A stretch of DNA of 64,000 nt from Syntrophorhabdaceae bacterium (GCA_963665295.1 OY762209.1:4032001-4096000), one strand, 5' to 3'. Positions 41,187 to 52,294 are shown, counted from the stretch's first letter. Made by a program: numbers and translations. Notes: generated by a model not told the origin, from the letters alone.

Positions 41187-41417
41187 CCAGCCTCCTAAAC
41201 GGTGTTTTTTGATATACTATCATAAAAGCTATTCTAAGTGAAAGGATTTATTGTGAAAAAAGATACATGACCGGAAGTTCCCGAAAACCCGGCCGATATC
41301 CCGTTTCTGGCAATTTTCCCCCGTATCGGAAAAAAAAACTTCTTGACATCTTTTTGACTATTTTGATAAAACCCTATACAGTTTTAAACTATACCAAATA
41401 ACCCACAAACGGACTGA

Positions 41418-42389
41418 ATGAGAAGACTTATAGTCGTTGCATTTACGAGTTTATGCTTTGTATTCTCATCGATGGTCGCTTTCTCCGCTCCTTCCCACAA
41501 GGCAAAAACCACGGATAAGCGGAGTGCAGTATCCAAAAAGCAGACTCCATCCAATGACAAAACAAGAACTGCTGTCGCCCTGAAAACCAGGAACTCCAAA
41601 ACGGTGCGGAAAGGGGGCGTCGAAAAAGATCGCAAGTCCTCCGCGAAGATGTCCGCCACATACCGGAGCACGAGGAGCAAGGCCAGGGCAGTGGAAGTTG
41701 TCGAGGAGACGGAGACGGATGGGGAGTTTATAGAATATAAGGTCCGGAAGGGCGATACCTTGGATAACGTTGCCCTGAGGTTCGGCCTGGAGAGAGACGA
41801 TATCGTCGAATCCAATAACAATCTCGGCAAGAGACTTGCCCCGGGAAGAACGCTTCTCATCCCCAGACTGTCGGAGTCGGATGGAGAATCCGACTATGTC
41901 GATCTCTCAAATAAGACCCTGAAATCATGGAAGACACGCGAAGAAAGGTACATGCTCGTAAAGGTGGCCAAGAGCTTTATGGGAGCGCCATACAGGTACG
42001 GCGGTGAGAGTGTGAGAGGCCTTGATTGCTCGGCCTTCGTAAAAAAGATTTATGACATATTCGACGTGCAACTTCCGAGGAGCGCCCGGGAACAGTTTCA
42101 CGCGGGACCGAAAATACAGAAAGAAGAGCTTGCCGTGGGGGATCTTGTATTTTTCAGGACCAAACGGTACGTCAAATACCCTACCCATGTTGGCATCTAC
42201 ATAGGGGACGGCAACTTCATCCATTCGTCGTCGGCCCACTGCAAAGTGGGTGTGAGGATAGATTCGCTTCAGTCCGATTTTTACAACAAAACATTTCTCG
42301 GCGGCGCCAGAATCAAGAAATCGCCCGAGGAAATGCCCGAGACCACATTCAATCCCGACATCCCTTTCAACTATAACTACAACTCTTAG
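41418..42389 (+). CDS. LysM + NlpC/P60 peptidoglycan endopeptidase
   Basis: signal peptide; YKVRKGDTL; GAPYRYGG, LDCSAF, THVGIYIG, FIHSS. Confidence 0.92.
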   Translation: MRRLIVVAFTSLCFVFSSMVAFSAPSHKAKTTDKRSAVSKKQTPSNDKTRTAVALKTRNSKTVRKGGVEKDRKSSAKMSATYRSTRSKARAVEVVEETETDGEFIEYKVRKGDTLDNVALRFGLERDDIVESNNNLGKRLAPGRTLLIPRLSESDGESDYVDLSNKTLKSWKTREERYMLVKVAKSFMGAPYRYGGESVRGLDCSAFVKKIYDIFDVQLPRSAREQFHAGPKIQKEELAVGDLVFFRTKRYVKYPTHVGIYIGDGNFIHSSSAHCKVGVRIDSLQSDFYNKTFLGGARIKKSPEEMPETTFNPDIPFNYNYNS

Positions 42390-42394
42390 GATTA

Positions 42395-43300
42395 GTGAAG
42401 AAGTACCTGTTTTTGATCGGCCTGGCTTTCGCCCTTCAGGGGTTCGGCTTCTTCTGCCTCGTCTTCGAAATCGATCCGTACCGGCATTATTTTTATGTCA
42501 CTTCGTGGTGGTCATACATAATTCTGGTAGACACGGTCCTTGCGTTTAAACAGGATGAATTCCTCGTCCTAAACAGGGACCTCCCCCAAATTATTCTGAT
42601 CTCTTCAGGATATTGGAGTATATTCGAGCTTCTCAACCTGCGACTTCAAAACTGGCATTATGTAGACCTTCCGTCTGAACCGATCCTCAGGTATGCGGGA
42701 TATCTCCTTTCATACGGAACCGTGGTCCCCGCCATCTATGTGACCAAAGGGTTGCTTCAGGGCCTCCTCACGCGCGAATGGAATGTGAAAGCCTTGCGCC
42801 CGATATCGGGTTATCCCGCCTATGCTATCTCTTCAGGGATTCTGGCCCTCGTGCTCGCCCTCTCCTTTCCCGGCTTTGCCTTTCCCCTTGTCTGGGTATT
42901 TCCCGTTCTGGTCCTCGATGGTTATAACTACCTCAGAGGATATCGTTCCTTTATGGGCGATCTGGAGACGGGTTCTTTGACCGGCCTGGTTCTGAGCCTC
43001 GCCTCAGGCATGATATGCGGTCTGCTGTGGGAGGCATGGAACTATCGGGCCGTCTCGAAGTGGGTCTACACTCTTCCCCTTGTTCAGGATACGAAACTCT
43101 TCGAGATGCCCCTTCCCGGGTACTTGGGTTTTCCGGCCTTCGGCGTTGCTACAATCGCTTTTGTCTACCTGCTGAAAGGAATGGAACACAGCAGGATGTT
43201 TCTCTATATCCTGGCAGGCGTATCCGCCGTCTCGTCCCTTACAGTCTTCTCCCTGATAGATCATCACACGGTTCTCTCCTTTGTCCGTGCCAGCCGCTGA
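42395..43300 (+). CDS. hypothetical polytopic membrane protein
   Basis: many TM segments; WEAWNY...KWVY...FEMPLPGYLGF motif. Confidence 0.7.
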   Translation: MKKYLFLIGLAFALQGFGFFCLVFEIDPYRHYFYVTSWWSYIILVDTVLAFKQDEFLVLNRDLPQIILISSGYWSIFELLNLRLQNWHYVDLPSEPILRYAGYLLSYGTVVPAIYVTKGLLQGLLTREWNVKALRPISGYPAYAISSGILALVLALSFPGFAFPLVWVFPVLVLDGYNYLRGYRSFMGDLETGSLTGLVLSLASGMICGLLWEAWNYRAVSKWVYTLPLVQDTKLFEMPLPGYLGFPAFGVATIAFVYLLKGMEHSRMFLYILAGVSAVSSLTVFSLIDHHTVLSFVRASR

Positions 43301-43397
43301 CGAGGAACGTCCCCATGGCGTATACCGCGCCGGCGCAATACGTGCGGCGCGTTTATATCGTTGACACAGGCTGCCTTTGTATGGTCAAATACACCCT

Positions 43398-43859
43398 ATG
43401 GTAAAAAGAAAGATAAAGGAAGAAATCAAGAAACCCGACATACTGATTGCCACGGTTGAGTCCGCCATCCAGCTTGTTCGCGAGAATCTCCGGCTCTTCA
43501 TTATCGCCGTTGCCGTCTTCTGCGTTGCCGGACTATCGGTCTTCGGCTACACTGTATACGCGGAGAAAAGAAACCAGAAGATCCAGATATCCCTTTACGA
43601 AGGCATCAAGAGCCTCGAAACTTATGACCGCACAGGGAACAAGGAAGATTTGGACCGTGCCGAAGGCATATTCCAGAAAATCGTGAAGGAAAAGCGCGGC
43701 AAGGCATATGTGGTGGCAAAGCTTTACCTCGGCACTACGTACTCCCTGAACGGCAAGACCGAGGACGCAAAGAAGATATACCAGGAACTTTCGAAGGATT
43801 CACCCACAGTTGCAAAAATGCTTTCCGATCAGGCCCTTCAGAAGGTGAGCAAGAAATAA
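43398..43859 (+). CDS. membrane-anchored TPR protein (YfgM-like)
   Basis: N-terminal KKPD, one TM, TPR-like helices. Confidence 0.7.
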   Translation: MVKRKIKEEIKKPDILIATVESAIQLVRENLRLFIIAVAVFCVAGLSVFGYTVYAEKRNQKIQISLYEGIKSLETYDRTGNKEDLDRAEGIFQKIVKEKRGKAYVVAKLYLGTTYSLNGKTEDAKKIYQELSKDSPTVAKMLSDQALQKVSKK

Positions 43860-43880
43860 AACAACGCTTCGTCTGCGCCG

Positions 43881-45263
43881 CTATTCCCCGTCGATATAGG
43901 CTACCCTTTCAAGGAACGCCAGCGAGGTATTCGCCCTGGAGATGGCGCTTATGTAGTTCTCCCTGGCCCCGGCCAACTCTCGCTCGCTCTGGAGAAGAGC
44001 CAGAATATCTCCCTTGCCTACCCTGTACTCGCCGAAGGCCTGATCGAAGTTTGAGGTCGCCTCCCGCACCAATTCCCTGTAGAGCCTCACGTTCTGACGG
44101 CTCAACTCATAATCCTTGAACGCCCTGACGATATCGAGCCCCACATTTCTCTTGATCTCTCCCAGCCTGTAGCGGGCCGCCGCGATATCACTCGCCGCGC
44201 CCTTCATGTTGTAGTACCTGCCCACACCATCGAAGAGGGCATAGTTGAAATTTATAACAAACGCATCCTGTCTCCCGTCAGGGAAGAACCCCGTATCGGC
44301 CCTGGTCTGCTGGAGTTGTGCATCGATTCGCGGGAACCAATTACTCACCCTCTCCTTATACACCATTTCGAGCCGATCGATCTCCTTCATCTGGGCCGTC
44401 ACATCGGGACGCACCGCGATTGCCTTTTCCACAAGGGTCTTGAAGTCACCACCGTATGTGGGCTCCTCGAAGGGTCCCTCCACATCCCGGGCGTCCATCG
44501 GGTCGTAGAGAAGAAGAGATTTCAGTTCCTCGAGAGTTTTCTCATACCGCTTGACCCCATCAAGAACGTCGATGCGTGCGGTGGTTCTTCTCACTTCGGC
44601 CTGGAGCACCTCACTTTTCTTGGCAACGCCGGCGTCATATCTCCCCTTGGTGAGCGCATAAACCTTCTCTGCTGTCCGGTAAGCGTCCCTTCTGGACTCA
44701 ACAATGGACTTGTTGCCAAGAGCCGTGTAGAAGGCCGTTTTCGCATTATAGAGCACATCGACCCTCACCCCTTTCAGTACTTCCTCTTCTCTACCGAGTA
44801 ATGAATAGGCCTGATGCCTGCGTGCATACCGCTCTCCGCCGTCGAAGAGCCTGTAGGTTATGGTACCTGTAAAAGTGAAAAGCTCCGTGGCGCCGAAAGT
44901 ATTTGTGAAACCTCCGGCGGCGGCTACGTTCGTTACGGATTGGCCTGCCGATGTCTGGTTGTTCAAGGACCTGATGAAGGAGCTCTGGATATCGGCCCTC
45001 GGCAGGTACGGATCGATCGTCGAGGTATAGGAATACCGGTACTTCTTCACTACTTCTTTCTGCTGTTTTACAGTGAAGGATACTTCAAAGGCCCTTTTTA
45101 CCGCCTCTTCAAGGGTAATGGAAAACACGGGCAACGGCAGGGCCGTCACGGCAAGAAGAAACCATACCGATCCCGCCGCGAGAAACGAAGCCCAACCTGC
45201 TGCGTCTCTTCCACCATGATTCTTATCCGTCCTTCCCGACTTCCCACAACCCTGAAACCCCAT
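43881..45263 (-). CDS. TolC family outer membrane efflux protein
   Basis: ITLEEAVKRA, YLP, LFDGG, RYDAG, EYRVG; start uncertain. Confidence 0.85.
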   Translation of the reverse strand: MGFQGCGKSGRTDKNHGGRDAAGWASFLAAGSVWFLLAVTALPLPVFSITLEEAVKRAFEVSFTVKQQKEVVKKYRYSYTSTIDPYLPRADIQSSFIRSLNNQTSAGQSVTNVAAAGGFTNTFGATELFTFTGTITYRLFDGGERYARRHQAYSLLGREEEVLKGVRVDVLYNAKTAFYTALGNKSIVESRRDAYRTAEKVYALTKGRYDAGVAKKSEVLQAEVRRTTARIDVLDGVKRYEKTLEELKSLLLYDPMDARDVEGPFEEPTYGGDFKTLVEKAIAVRPDVTAQMKEIDRLEMVYKERVSNWFPRIDAQLQQTRADTGFFPDGRQDAFVINFNYALFDGVGRYYNMKGAASDIAAARYRLGEIKRNVGLDIVRAFKDYELSRQNVRLYRELVREATSNFDQAFGEYRVGKGDILALLQSERELAGARENYISAISRANTSLAFLERVAYIDGE

Positions 45264-45649
45264 CTCTCCATCCCCGTACCATGATCGCGAACTGCTTCAC
45301 ATACGCGTAAAATCAGTTTATTTAAACCCTCCCTCACTGTCAACAGGCAATTAGCCGCAACCCTGCCGGCTTGAGCCGGCTTGAGAACACCGGCGTTGAC
45401 AAGGCGCATCACCTGCAGTAGCTTCGGGGCAAGAATTTGTCCTTGTCACAGAAAAGGGCCCTGCAGAAATAAGCCTCCCGCTCCATCTCCTGTTGGTGAA
45501 CTATATGAATGAAAGCGTGGCAGGTTAAAGAAAGGGGTAGAAGCCGCATGTATGCGACCCTACCCTATCAGGACTGTCTATTCAGGGATATGTGAGGAAA
45601 TCCACATCGTCCCTCTTGGAGCACTTCTTCTTAGGCCTTCTAAAAAAAG

Positions 45650-45725
45650 TGGTGCCGAGGAGCGGAATTGAACCACTGACACGGGGATTTTCAGTCCCCT
45701 GCTCTACCGACTGAGCTACCTCGGC
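45650..45725 (-). tRNA. tRNA-Phe (GAA)
   Basis: GCCGAGGTAGCTCAGTCGGTAGAGCAGGGGACTGAAAATCCCCGTGTCAGTGGTTCAATTCCGCTCCTCGGCACCA. Confidence 0.97.
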
Positions 45726-45870
45726 AACGCATTATTTTAAACATACCTTCCGAGTCGATGTCAAGACATTCGTTGCTGCAATTCAGAATTTCCGCACAAG
45801 TGCCTTTGCCGACCTCCCATAAAGCAAAAAACTTTGACATTCCGGTCCGTCCTATGTTAACAAGTTCTAC

Positions 45871-47079
45871 ATGTCCGACCAATACACGAAACCATTTCGA
45901 GGCATCCTTTACGACAGGAACAGGATAGGTGATATCGCGTCCTGCGTATGCCCGCCTTACGATATTATACCGAGTGACGCCGCATACTTGGAGAGGAACC
46001 CCTTCAATGCCGTCCGACTGGAACTTCCCCGGTCCCTTCCCGGCGTTGACCAGTATACGAACGCACGGCAAACCTTTGACCAGTGGTGCAGCTCGGGGGT
46101 GCTTTCCGTTGACGACAGGGAAACCATTTACGTGTATGAGCAACAATTCACGGTCGAGGGCTCATCCTACCTGAGATGGGGTTTTATCGGCCTCACCAGG
46201 CTCGATAAAGACCGTATCCTCACCCACGAGCAAACGAGAAGCAAGGCGAAGGAAGACCGGGAGAAACTCATAGTATCGCTCAAGGCCTTCACGAGCTTCG
46301 TCTTCGGACTTTATGAGGACAAGGCTCATGAAATAGACACCCTCCTCGAGGGCTCCCGAAAAGAACAGGTCTATGACTTCGTGGATGAAGATTCCATAAG
46401 AAACAGGTTTTACCGGATGACGGACCCGGAGGAAATCAACCGCCTTGTAGCCCTTGTGAACGCGAGAAAGATATACGTCGCAGACGGCCATCACAGGCTG
46501 GATGTCTCTTACCGGCTTAATCTCCGGTACATTCCTCTCTATTTGACAAACATGTATTCGACGGGGATCGTGATTCTTCCCTATCACCGGCTGGTAAAAC
46601 TCCAGGGCGAAAGATCGCTTCCGGAACTTCTGTCCATGCTCGAGGGCCATGCCCGTGTCGAAACCGTTGCCTTTACAGGTCCGGAAGTCCTGACTCAGGT
46701 CCTCCATACCATATCCGCGTCCTCCGAACCGGCCTTCGCCCTGTACTCGAAGGACGACCCTGCCGCCCTCTATATCCTGACAGTCGGCAAGCCTCAAGCG
46801 GGCGACGGGCCTCTCGAAAACCTGAAGGTCAATATCCTTCACTCAGGGATACTGAAAAGCACGCTATGCGTCAAAGAAGAAGAGATTTCCTTCACCCAGG
46901 ACCCGCATGAACTGGTGCGGGCCGTACGGAATGGAGATGTCGATCTCGGCCTTCTTCTCCCTCCCACGACTGTTCAGGAGGTCAAGGCGGTGGCGGATAA
47001 CAGTCTGGACATGCCTCCGAAGTCAACCTTCTTCTATCCTAAAATACTCACGGGCCTCGTGTATCACAGGTATGCCTGA
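45871..47079 (+). CDS. DUF1015 family protein
   Basis: PFRG, PPYD, HEQT, VADGHHR, MPPKSTFFYPKILTGL. Confidence 0.88.
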   Translation: MSDQYTKPFRGILYDRNRIGDIASCVCPPYDIIPSDAAYLERNPFNAVRLELPRSLPGVDQYTNARQTFDQWCSSGVLSVDDRETIYVYEQQFTVEGSSYLRWGFIGLTRLDKDRILTHEQTRSKAKEDREKLIVSLKAFTSFVFGLYEDKAHEIDTLLEGSRKEQVYDFVDEDSIRNRFYRMTDPEEINRLVALVNARKIYVADGHHRLDVSYRLNLRYIPLYLTNMYSTGIVILPYHRLVKLQGERSLPELLSMLEGHARVETVAFTGPEVLTQVLHTISASSEPAFALYSKDDPAALYILTVGKPQAGDGPLENLKVNILHSGILKSTLCVKEEEISFTQDPHELVRAVRNGDVDLGLLLPPTTVQEVKAVADNSLDMPPKSTFFYPKILTGLVYHRYA

Positions 47080-47809
47080 AACCGCGGGTAACGATGAGAC
47101 CCTCGACCTTCTCTGCAATGAGGACCTCAAAATCATCCAAAAGAAAGAAGGGTACAGGTTCTCCATGGACGCCATCCTTCTCGCCAATTTCGTTACCCTT
47201 AAAAAGGATGAAAGACTGTTGGATATTGGGACCGGTTGTGGTATTATACCTATCTATATGACCAAAAAGGGTTTTCAGAACCGGATGGTCGGGATTGAAC
47301 TCCAACAGGGACTGTTCGAGGCAGCCCTCAAAAATAAGGAAATCAACGACTGTGAAAATGTTGAATATCTTCATGGAGACGTTAAGACGGAAATGCGTGA
47401 ACTGAGGAAATCTCTTTTCAGTGTTGTGGTGTGCAACCCTCCATACACCAGGAAAGGGTCCGGCAGAACAAGCCCGGACGATTCGAGACACATTGCGCGC
47501 CACGAGGGCCATCTCGACCTGTCTCTTCTTTTCTCTCTGTCGGCGTCCCTCCTTTCCCGAAAAGGGAGAAGCTACGTGATATATCCGTCCAGGAGGCTCG
47601 GCGAGGTACTTTACACCGCAAAGGCTCATGGACTTGAGCCGAAGCGTTTGCGTTTTGTCTATTCGAGAGACAGGGAAGAGTCAAACCTCTTTCTTGCGGA
47701 ATTTCTAAAAGACGGCGGGGTCGGCACAGTCGTTGAAAAACCTCTCACCATATATCAGGGCGACGATTATACCGAAGAGGTGCGATCCTATTATTCTCTA
47801 AAGGGTTAA
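47072..47809 (+). CDS. tRNA1(Val) A37 N6-methyltransferase family
   Basis: GYRFSMDAILL, DIGTGCG, CNPPY, IARHE. Confidence 0.87.
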   Translation: MPETAGNDETLDLLCNEDLKIIQKKEGYRFSMDAILLANFVTLKKDERLLDIGTGCGIIPIYMTKKGFQNRMVGIELQQGLFEAALKNKEINDCENVEYLHGDVKTEMRELRKSLFSVVVCNPPYTRKGSGRTSPDDSRHIARHEGHLDLSLLFSLSASLLSRKGRSYVIYPSRRLGEVLYTAKAHGLEPKRLRFVYSRDREESNLFLAEFLKDGGVGTVVEKPLTIYQGDDYTEEVRSYYSLKG

Positions 47810-47811
47810 TT

Positions 47812-48780
47812 ATGGAAAGTGTATCAAAACTCATACAGCAAGACCTGGAAATGCTCGAATTGTCCATTCAGAAACTCATCACCACGCGAGTGAACTTTAT
47901 CAGGGAGATTGTGACGTACATAATAAAGTCGGGCGGCAAACGGGTCCGTCCGATCCTCTTAATACTCTCCGCGAGGCTTTCCGGCTATAACGGCGACCGT
48001 CATGTCCCGTACGCTGCGATCGTCGAGTTCATCCATACCGCCACCCTGCTCCACGACGATGTGGTGGACAATGCAAAAACCCGACGCGGAAATTCCACGG
48101 TAAACACGGTGTGGGGGAATGAATCGAGCGTTCTCGTGGGGGATTTCCTCTATTCAAAGTCTTTTGAGCTTATGGCGGAGGACGGCAACCACGCCATACT
48201 GAGGACCATCTCAAAAGCCACTACGGCCCTGTCGGAAGGTGAAATTCTGGAACTGCTCAAGACGTCCGACGTGGAAACCACGGAGGAAGAGTATTTCGAG
48301 GTGATCGACAATAAGACTGCAGTTCTCTTTTCGGCGGCCTGCGAGATCGGGGCTCTCCTCGGTGGCACCAGCGACAGTCAGAGAATCGCCCTCGGGAGTT
48401 TCGGCCACAATCTCGGCATCGCCTTTCAACTGAAAGACGACATACTTGACTATACGTCCTATGATGCAATCCTGGGGAAAAATGTGGGCACGGACCTGAA
48501 GGAAGGCAAAGTGACCCTCCCACTTATATACGCCCTTAAATCAGCGAGCGAAAAGGAAAAAGCGTACACCAAGAAGGTTCTCGACAAGCCCACCATGACT
48601 GCCAGGGACTTTGAAGGGGTGCGGAAGATCATAAAAAAGCATGGAGGCATAGAGTATACCTCGGCAATGACCACAAAGCATATAGCCGCCGCCAAGGAAT
48701 GCCTCAACGCTTTCGACTCCTCTCCTTACAGGGAGGCCCTTGTCACTCTCGCAAACCAGATGCTTGAGCGACAGGCGTAA
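47812..48780 (+). CDS. ispB: polyprenyl (octaprenyl-type) diphosphate synthase
   Basis: GGKRVRP, LLHDDVVD...RRG, FQLKDD, DLKEGK. Confidence 0.9.
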   Translation: MESVSKLIQQDLEMLELSIQKLITTRVNFIREIVTYIIKSGGKRVRPILLILSARLSGYNGDRHVPYAAIVEFIHTATLLHDDVVDNAKTRRGNSTVNTVWGNESSVLVGDFLYSKSFELMAEDGNHAILRTISKATTALSEGEILELLKTSDVETTEEEYFEVIDNKTAVLFSAACEIGALLGGTSDSQRIALGSFGHNLGIAFQLKDDILDYTSYDAILGKNVGTDLKEGKVTLPLIYALKSASEKEKAYTKKVLDKPTMTARDFEGVRKIIKKHGGIEYTSAMTTKHIAAAKECLNAFDSSPYREALVTLANQMLERQA

Positions 48781-48862
48781 ACCCGCGCCGCGGTTTCACA
48801 CGCCTTCACCGAAAGTCACACTCCGCCTTGTGTTCGTTTGCATCCGATAATCTTTTGGAAGT

Positions 48863-50095
48863 CTACTTCAGGATTGCATCTTTTGGAATTACGACTATTC
48901 CCTCGTCGGAGACATAGAACCTGCTCCTGTCTTTCTCCAGGTCATATCCGATTCTCATGTGATCGGGAATTCTCACATTTTTGTCAATGATGGCTTTCTT
49001 TACCCTCGCGCCCATTCCTATCACCACGTCATGCAATAGTATGGATTCCCTCACATCGGCATAGCTGTTTACCCGTACCCCGGGAGACAGAATCGACCTC
49101 TCTACCCTGCCGCCGCTTATAATGACCCCGCTGCAGATAATCGAATCAAGTGCTTTTCCCGCCCTCCCCTTCGCCTCATCGGCAAAGACGGTCTTCGCAG
49201 GAGGATACTGTCCCTCATAGGTCCTGATGGGCCATTTCTTATCGTACAGATTAAATACAGGACTCACGGACGCAAGGTCCATGTTCGCGTTCCAATATGC
49301 GTCGATGGTCCCTATGTCCCTCCAATAATCCGCGTTCTTGCCCCCGCCCACACCGAACCGGTACACAAAAACCCTGTGCCGGGGGTACATGAAGGGTATG
49401 ATATCCCGGCCGAAGTCATGGGAAGAATCCGTCCGGACCGCGTCCTGGTTGAGGATGTCGGATAAAATGTTTCTGTTGAATATGTAAATCCCCATGGAGA
49501 TGAATGCCTTGCCGGGCTTTCCCGGAATAGGCTTGGGGTTCTTCGGTTTCTCCTGAAACCCGCATACCCGGCCGTCGCCGTCGACCTGAATGATGCCGAA
49601 CCGTGAAGCGTCCTCGATATCGACTTCAAGGGCGGAGATGGTGAGGTCCGCCTTGTTTTTCTGATGATATTTGATAAAGTGGCTGTAATCCATCTTGTAG
49701 ATGTGATCCCCCGAGAGAATAACCACATACTCCCCCTCGACCTGCTCAAGATGGTAGAGATTCTGATAAACAGCGTCCGCCGTCCCTTTATACCAGTCAT
49801 CTCCCACCCTCATCTGCGGCGACAGATGGGTCACGAATTCCCCCAACTCGGGACTCAGTATGCTCCATGCGTCTCTCGTATGTCTGACCAGGGAATGCGA
49901 TTTATATTGGGGCAGGACAAATATCTTTCTAATGCCGGAGTTCACGCAATTACTGAGTGTGAAATCGATTACACGGTATTTCCCTCCGAAAGGCACGGCG
50001 GGTTTTGCCCTGTCTTTTGTGAGGGGATGAAGTCGTGCGCCGACACCACCCGCCAAAATGAATGCAACCGCGTTATGTAGTACTCTCTGTCTCAT
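48863..50095 (-). CDS. glgC: glucose-1-phosphate adenylyltransferase
   Basis: LAGG, RAKPAVPFGGKYR, GTADAV, GDHIYKMDY, YWRDIGT. Confidence 0.96.
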   Translation of the reverse strand: MRQRVLHNAVAFILAGGVGARLHPLTKDRAKPAVPFGGKYRVIDFTLSNCVNSGIRKIFVLPQYKSHSLVRHTRDAWSILSPELGEFVTHLSPQMRVGDDWYKGTADAVYQNLYHLEQVEGEYVVILSGDHIYKMDYSHFIKYHQKNKADLTISALEVDIEDASRFGIIQVDGDGRVCGFQEKPKNPKPIPGKPGKAFISMGIYIFNRNILSDILNQDAVRTDSSHDFGRDIIPFMYPRHRVFVYRFGVGGGKNADYWRDIGTIDAYWNANMDLASVSPVFNLYDKKWPIRTYEGQYPPAKTVFADEAKGRAGKALDSIICSGVIISGGRVERSILSPGVRVNSYADVRESILLHDVVIGMGARVKKAIIDKNVRIPDHMRIGYDLEKDRSRFYVSDEGIVVIPKDAILK

Positions 50096-50229
50096 CGTCT
50101 CCGATATAAAAGTAACACATCAAGCAAGGAATTTGAAGCATTTCCTTCCGTCCATATTGTAACACGCCGTTATCACAACTTTTTAGCGGCCATAATATAA
50201 AGAAACTTTCTCCGGGCATAATTCAGCCC

Positions 50230-50910
50230 CTAATTGTCCGCACCGGTCACGATAATGGTGTATTCCCCTTTCAACTCACCCATCTCCTCAAACTCCTCTA
50301 TCAGAGTCTGCAGGGCGCCTCTCCGGGTATCTTCGTAAACCTTGGTCAGTTCCTTAAATACCGCCGCGTCACGGTTTCCGAACTCCTCATATGTAACGCG
50401 CAGAGTCTCCAGCAGTCTCCGTGGCGATTCGTAAATGATCATCGCGTGGTGCAGCCCCGCCACCTCTCTCAGCATCTTCTTCTTCTTTCCTTTCTTCAGC
50501 GGAAGGAAACCGAGAAACAGGAACCTGTCGGCGTGGAGACCCGATATGGAAAGCGCCCCGATTGCCGCGGAAGGCCCGGGCACCACCTTTACATCTACAT
50601 CATCTTCTCTGCACCGGTTCACCACCGCCCGTCCCGGGTCGGACACACAAGGGGTCCCCGCTCCCGTGATAAGGGCGGCAGATTTCCCGTCCTGCAGACG
50701 TTCCGAGATATCCTTCGCTTTCCTCTCTTCAGAATAGCTGTTTATCGTAATGATAGGTTTTCTTATGCCCAGGTGGCTCAGCAGTTTCAAGGCCCGCGAA
50801 CGGTCTTCGGCAACAACGAAATCCACTTCCCCGAGGGTTTCAATAGCCCTTAGCGTGATATCTTTAAGGTTGCCTATGGGTGTTGCCACGATGTACAATA
50901 CGCCGCTCAT
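50230..50910 (-). CDS. rsmI: 16S rRNA C1402 2'-O-methyltransferase
   Basis: LYIVATPIGNLKDITLRA, AGTPCVSDPG, YESPRR, KELTK. Confidence 0.94.
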   Translation of the reverse strand: MSGVLYIVATPIGNLKDITLRAIETLGEVDFVVAEDRSRALKLLSHLGIRKPIITINSYSEERKAKDISERLQDGKSAALITGAGTPCVSDPGRAVVNRCREDDVDVKVVPGPSAAIGALSISGLHADRFLFLGFLPLKKGKKKKMLREVAGLHHAMIIYESPRRLLETLRVTYEEFGNRDAAVFKELTKVYEDTRRGALQTLIEEFEEMGELKGEYTIIVTGADN

Positions 50911-51048
50911 CTATTCTCCTCCAATAATGTATAAAAAAACTGCAAATCCTCTGCGCCGGCAGGCTCCGCAATGCGCCCTCAGCCCCCCGGAACCTTTGTC
51001 AACGCTTAAAAGTCTTGACATTACGACAAAAAATGCAGAAAATAAACA

Positions 51049-51651
51049 ATGGTCATGGTGAGACTACTTTTATTGGGGTTCGTTTTTTTCTTCCCTCTCT
51101 CGGGATACGCCGCAATTTATGGCTATGTGGACGAACAGGGTGTCTATCACTTCACCAATATAACCCCTGCGGGTAAAAAATACCAGACCGTAATTCCCGA
51201 CAAGAACAAAACGGTGATGGCAAAAGGCTACAGTACCGCCAACCTGAACAATAACGTCTATGACAGGCTTATATTGCGCCATGCGGAGACGAACGGGGTC
51301 GATCCATCCCTCGTGAAGGCCGTTGTAAGAGCAGAGTCAAATTTCAACCCCAACGCCGTTTCACAGAAGGGAGCGCAGGGACTTATGCAACTCATGCCCG
51401 ACACGGCAAAACAGATGAAAGTCTCAAACCCCTTCGATCCGGACGAGAATATCAGGGGTGGCGCTCGCTATCTCAAATTTCTCGGCGAGACCTTTCAGGG
51501 TGATCTGGAACTCATGCTTGCCGCATATAACGCAGGACCCATGCGAGTCATGGAGCATAACAGGAGCGTGCCCCCCATCGAAGAAACGCGTAATTTTATC
51601 AAAAGAGTAAAATACTACTACAACAAATTGAAAAACCCGCATGAAGGATAA
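51049..51651 (+). CDS. lytic transglycosylase (SLT) with N-terminal DUF4124-like domain
   Basis: AESNFNPNAVS, GLMQLMP, AAYNAG. Confidence 0.92.
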   Translation: MVMVRLLLLGFVFFFPLSGYAAIYGYVDEQGVYHFTNITPAGKKYQTVIPDKNKTVMAKGYSTANLNNNVYDRLILRHAETNGVDPSLVKAVVRAESNFNPNAVSQKGAQGLMQLMPDTAKQMKVSNPFDPDENIRGGARYLKFLGETFQGDLELMLAAYNAGPMRVMEHNRSVPPIEETRNFIKRVKYYYNKLKNPHEG

Positions 51652-52294
51652 GGATGATGAAAGAACATCCGTCTGGACACTGCCTAACAGGTTAAGTGTA
51701 GTCCGGATTCTGTTTATTCCCATCATCATTATATTTATATCTACGGAGGACGAGAGGTTCTTCTTTGCGGCTTGCCTTCTGTTTATCGTCGCAGGCATAA
51801 CAGACGGCCTTGACGGCTTCGTAGCCCGCAAGATGCGTCTTACCAGTACACTCGGCCTTTATCTCGACCCCATTGCGGATAAGCTGCTTGTTTCCTCTGT
51901 CCTGATCACCCTCACCTATTACAAGCTCGTTCCTCTCTGGGTAACGCTGCTCCTCGTGGGAAGGGAATTTCTTATCAATGGACTCAGATCGTTCTCCGCT
52001 ATGGAGGGCATTGCAATCTATCCCTCTCTTTCCGGGAAGCTTAAGACAACCTTTCAAATTGTCGGGATATCATGTATTCTCTTCAATGTACCGGAAAAGG
52101 GGAACTTCAGTATGTGCGACTACGTCCAGTACCTCGGCATATCCTGTCTCGACTTCAACAGTTCTTTACGCCAGATAGGTCTTATTGTCATCTATATAGC
52201 GCTCTTCTTCAGCATATTCTCCGCAGTGGATTACTTGAAGGCAATCTTCCGGCCCCCTCGTAACAACGCCCCTAAAGAGAGCCAGACGGAATAA
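51641..52294 (+). CDS. pgsA: CDP-diacylglycerol--glycerol-3-phosphate 3-phosphatidyltransferase
   Basis: LPNRLS, TDGLDGFVAR, LDPIADK, GKLKT. Confidence 0.93.
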   Translation: MKDKDDERTSVWTLPNRLSVVRILFIPIIIIFISTEDERFFFAACLLFIVAGITDGLDGFVARKMRLTSTLGLYLDPIADKLLVSSVLITLTYYKLVPLWVTLLLVGREFLINGLRSFSAMEGIAIYPSLSGKLKTTFQIVGISCILFNVPEKGNFSMCDYVQYLGISCLDFNSSLRQIGLIVIYIALFFSIFSAVDYLKAIFRPPRNNAPKESQTE

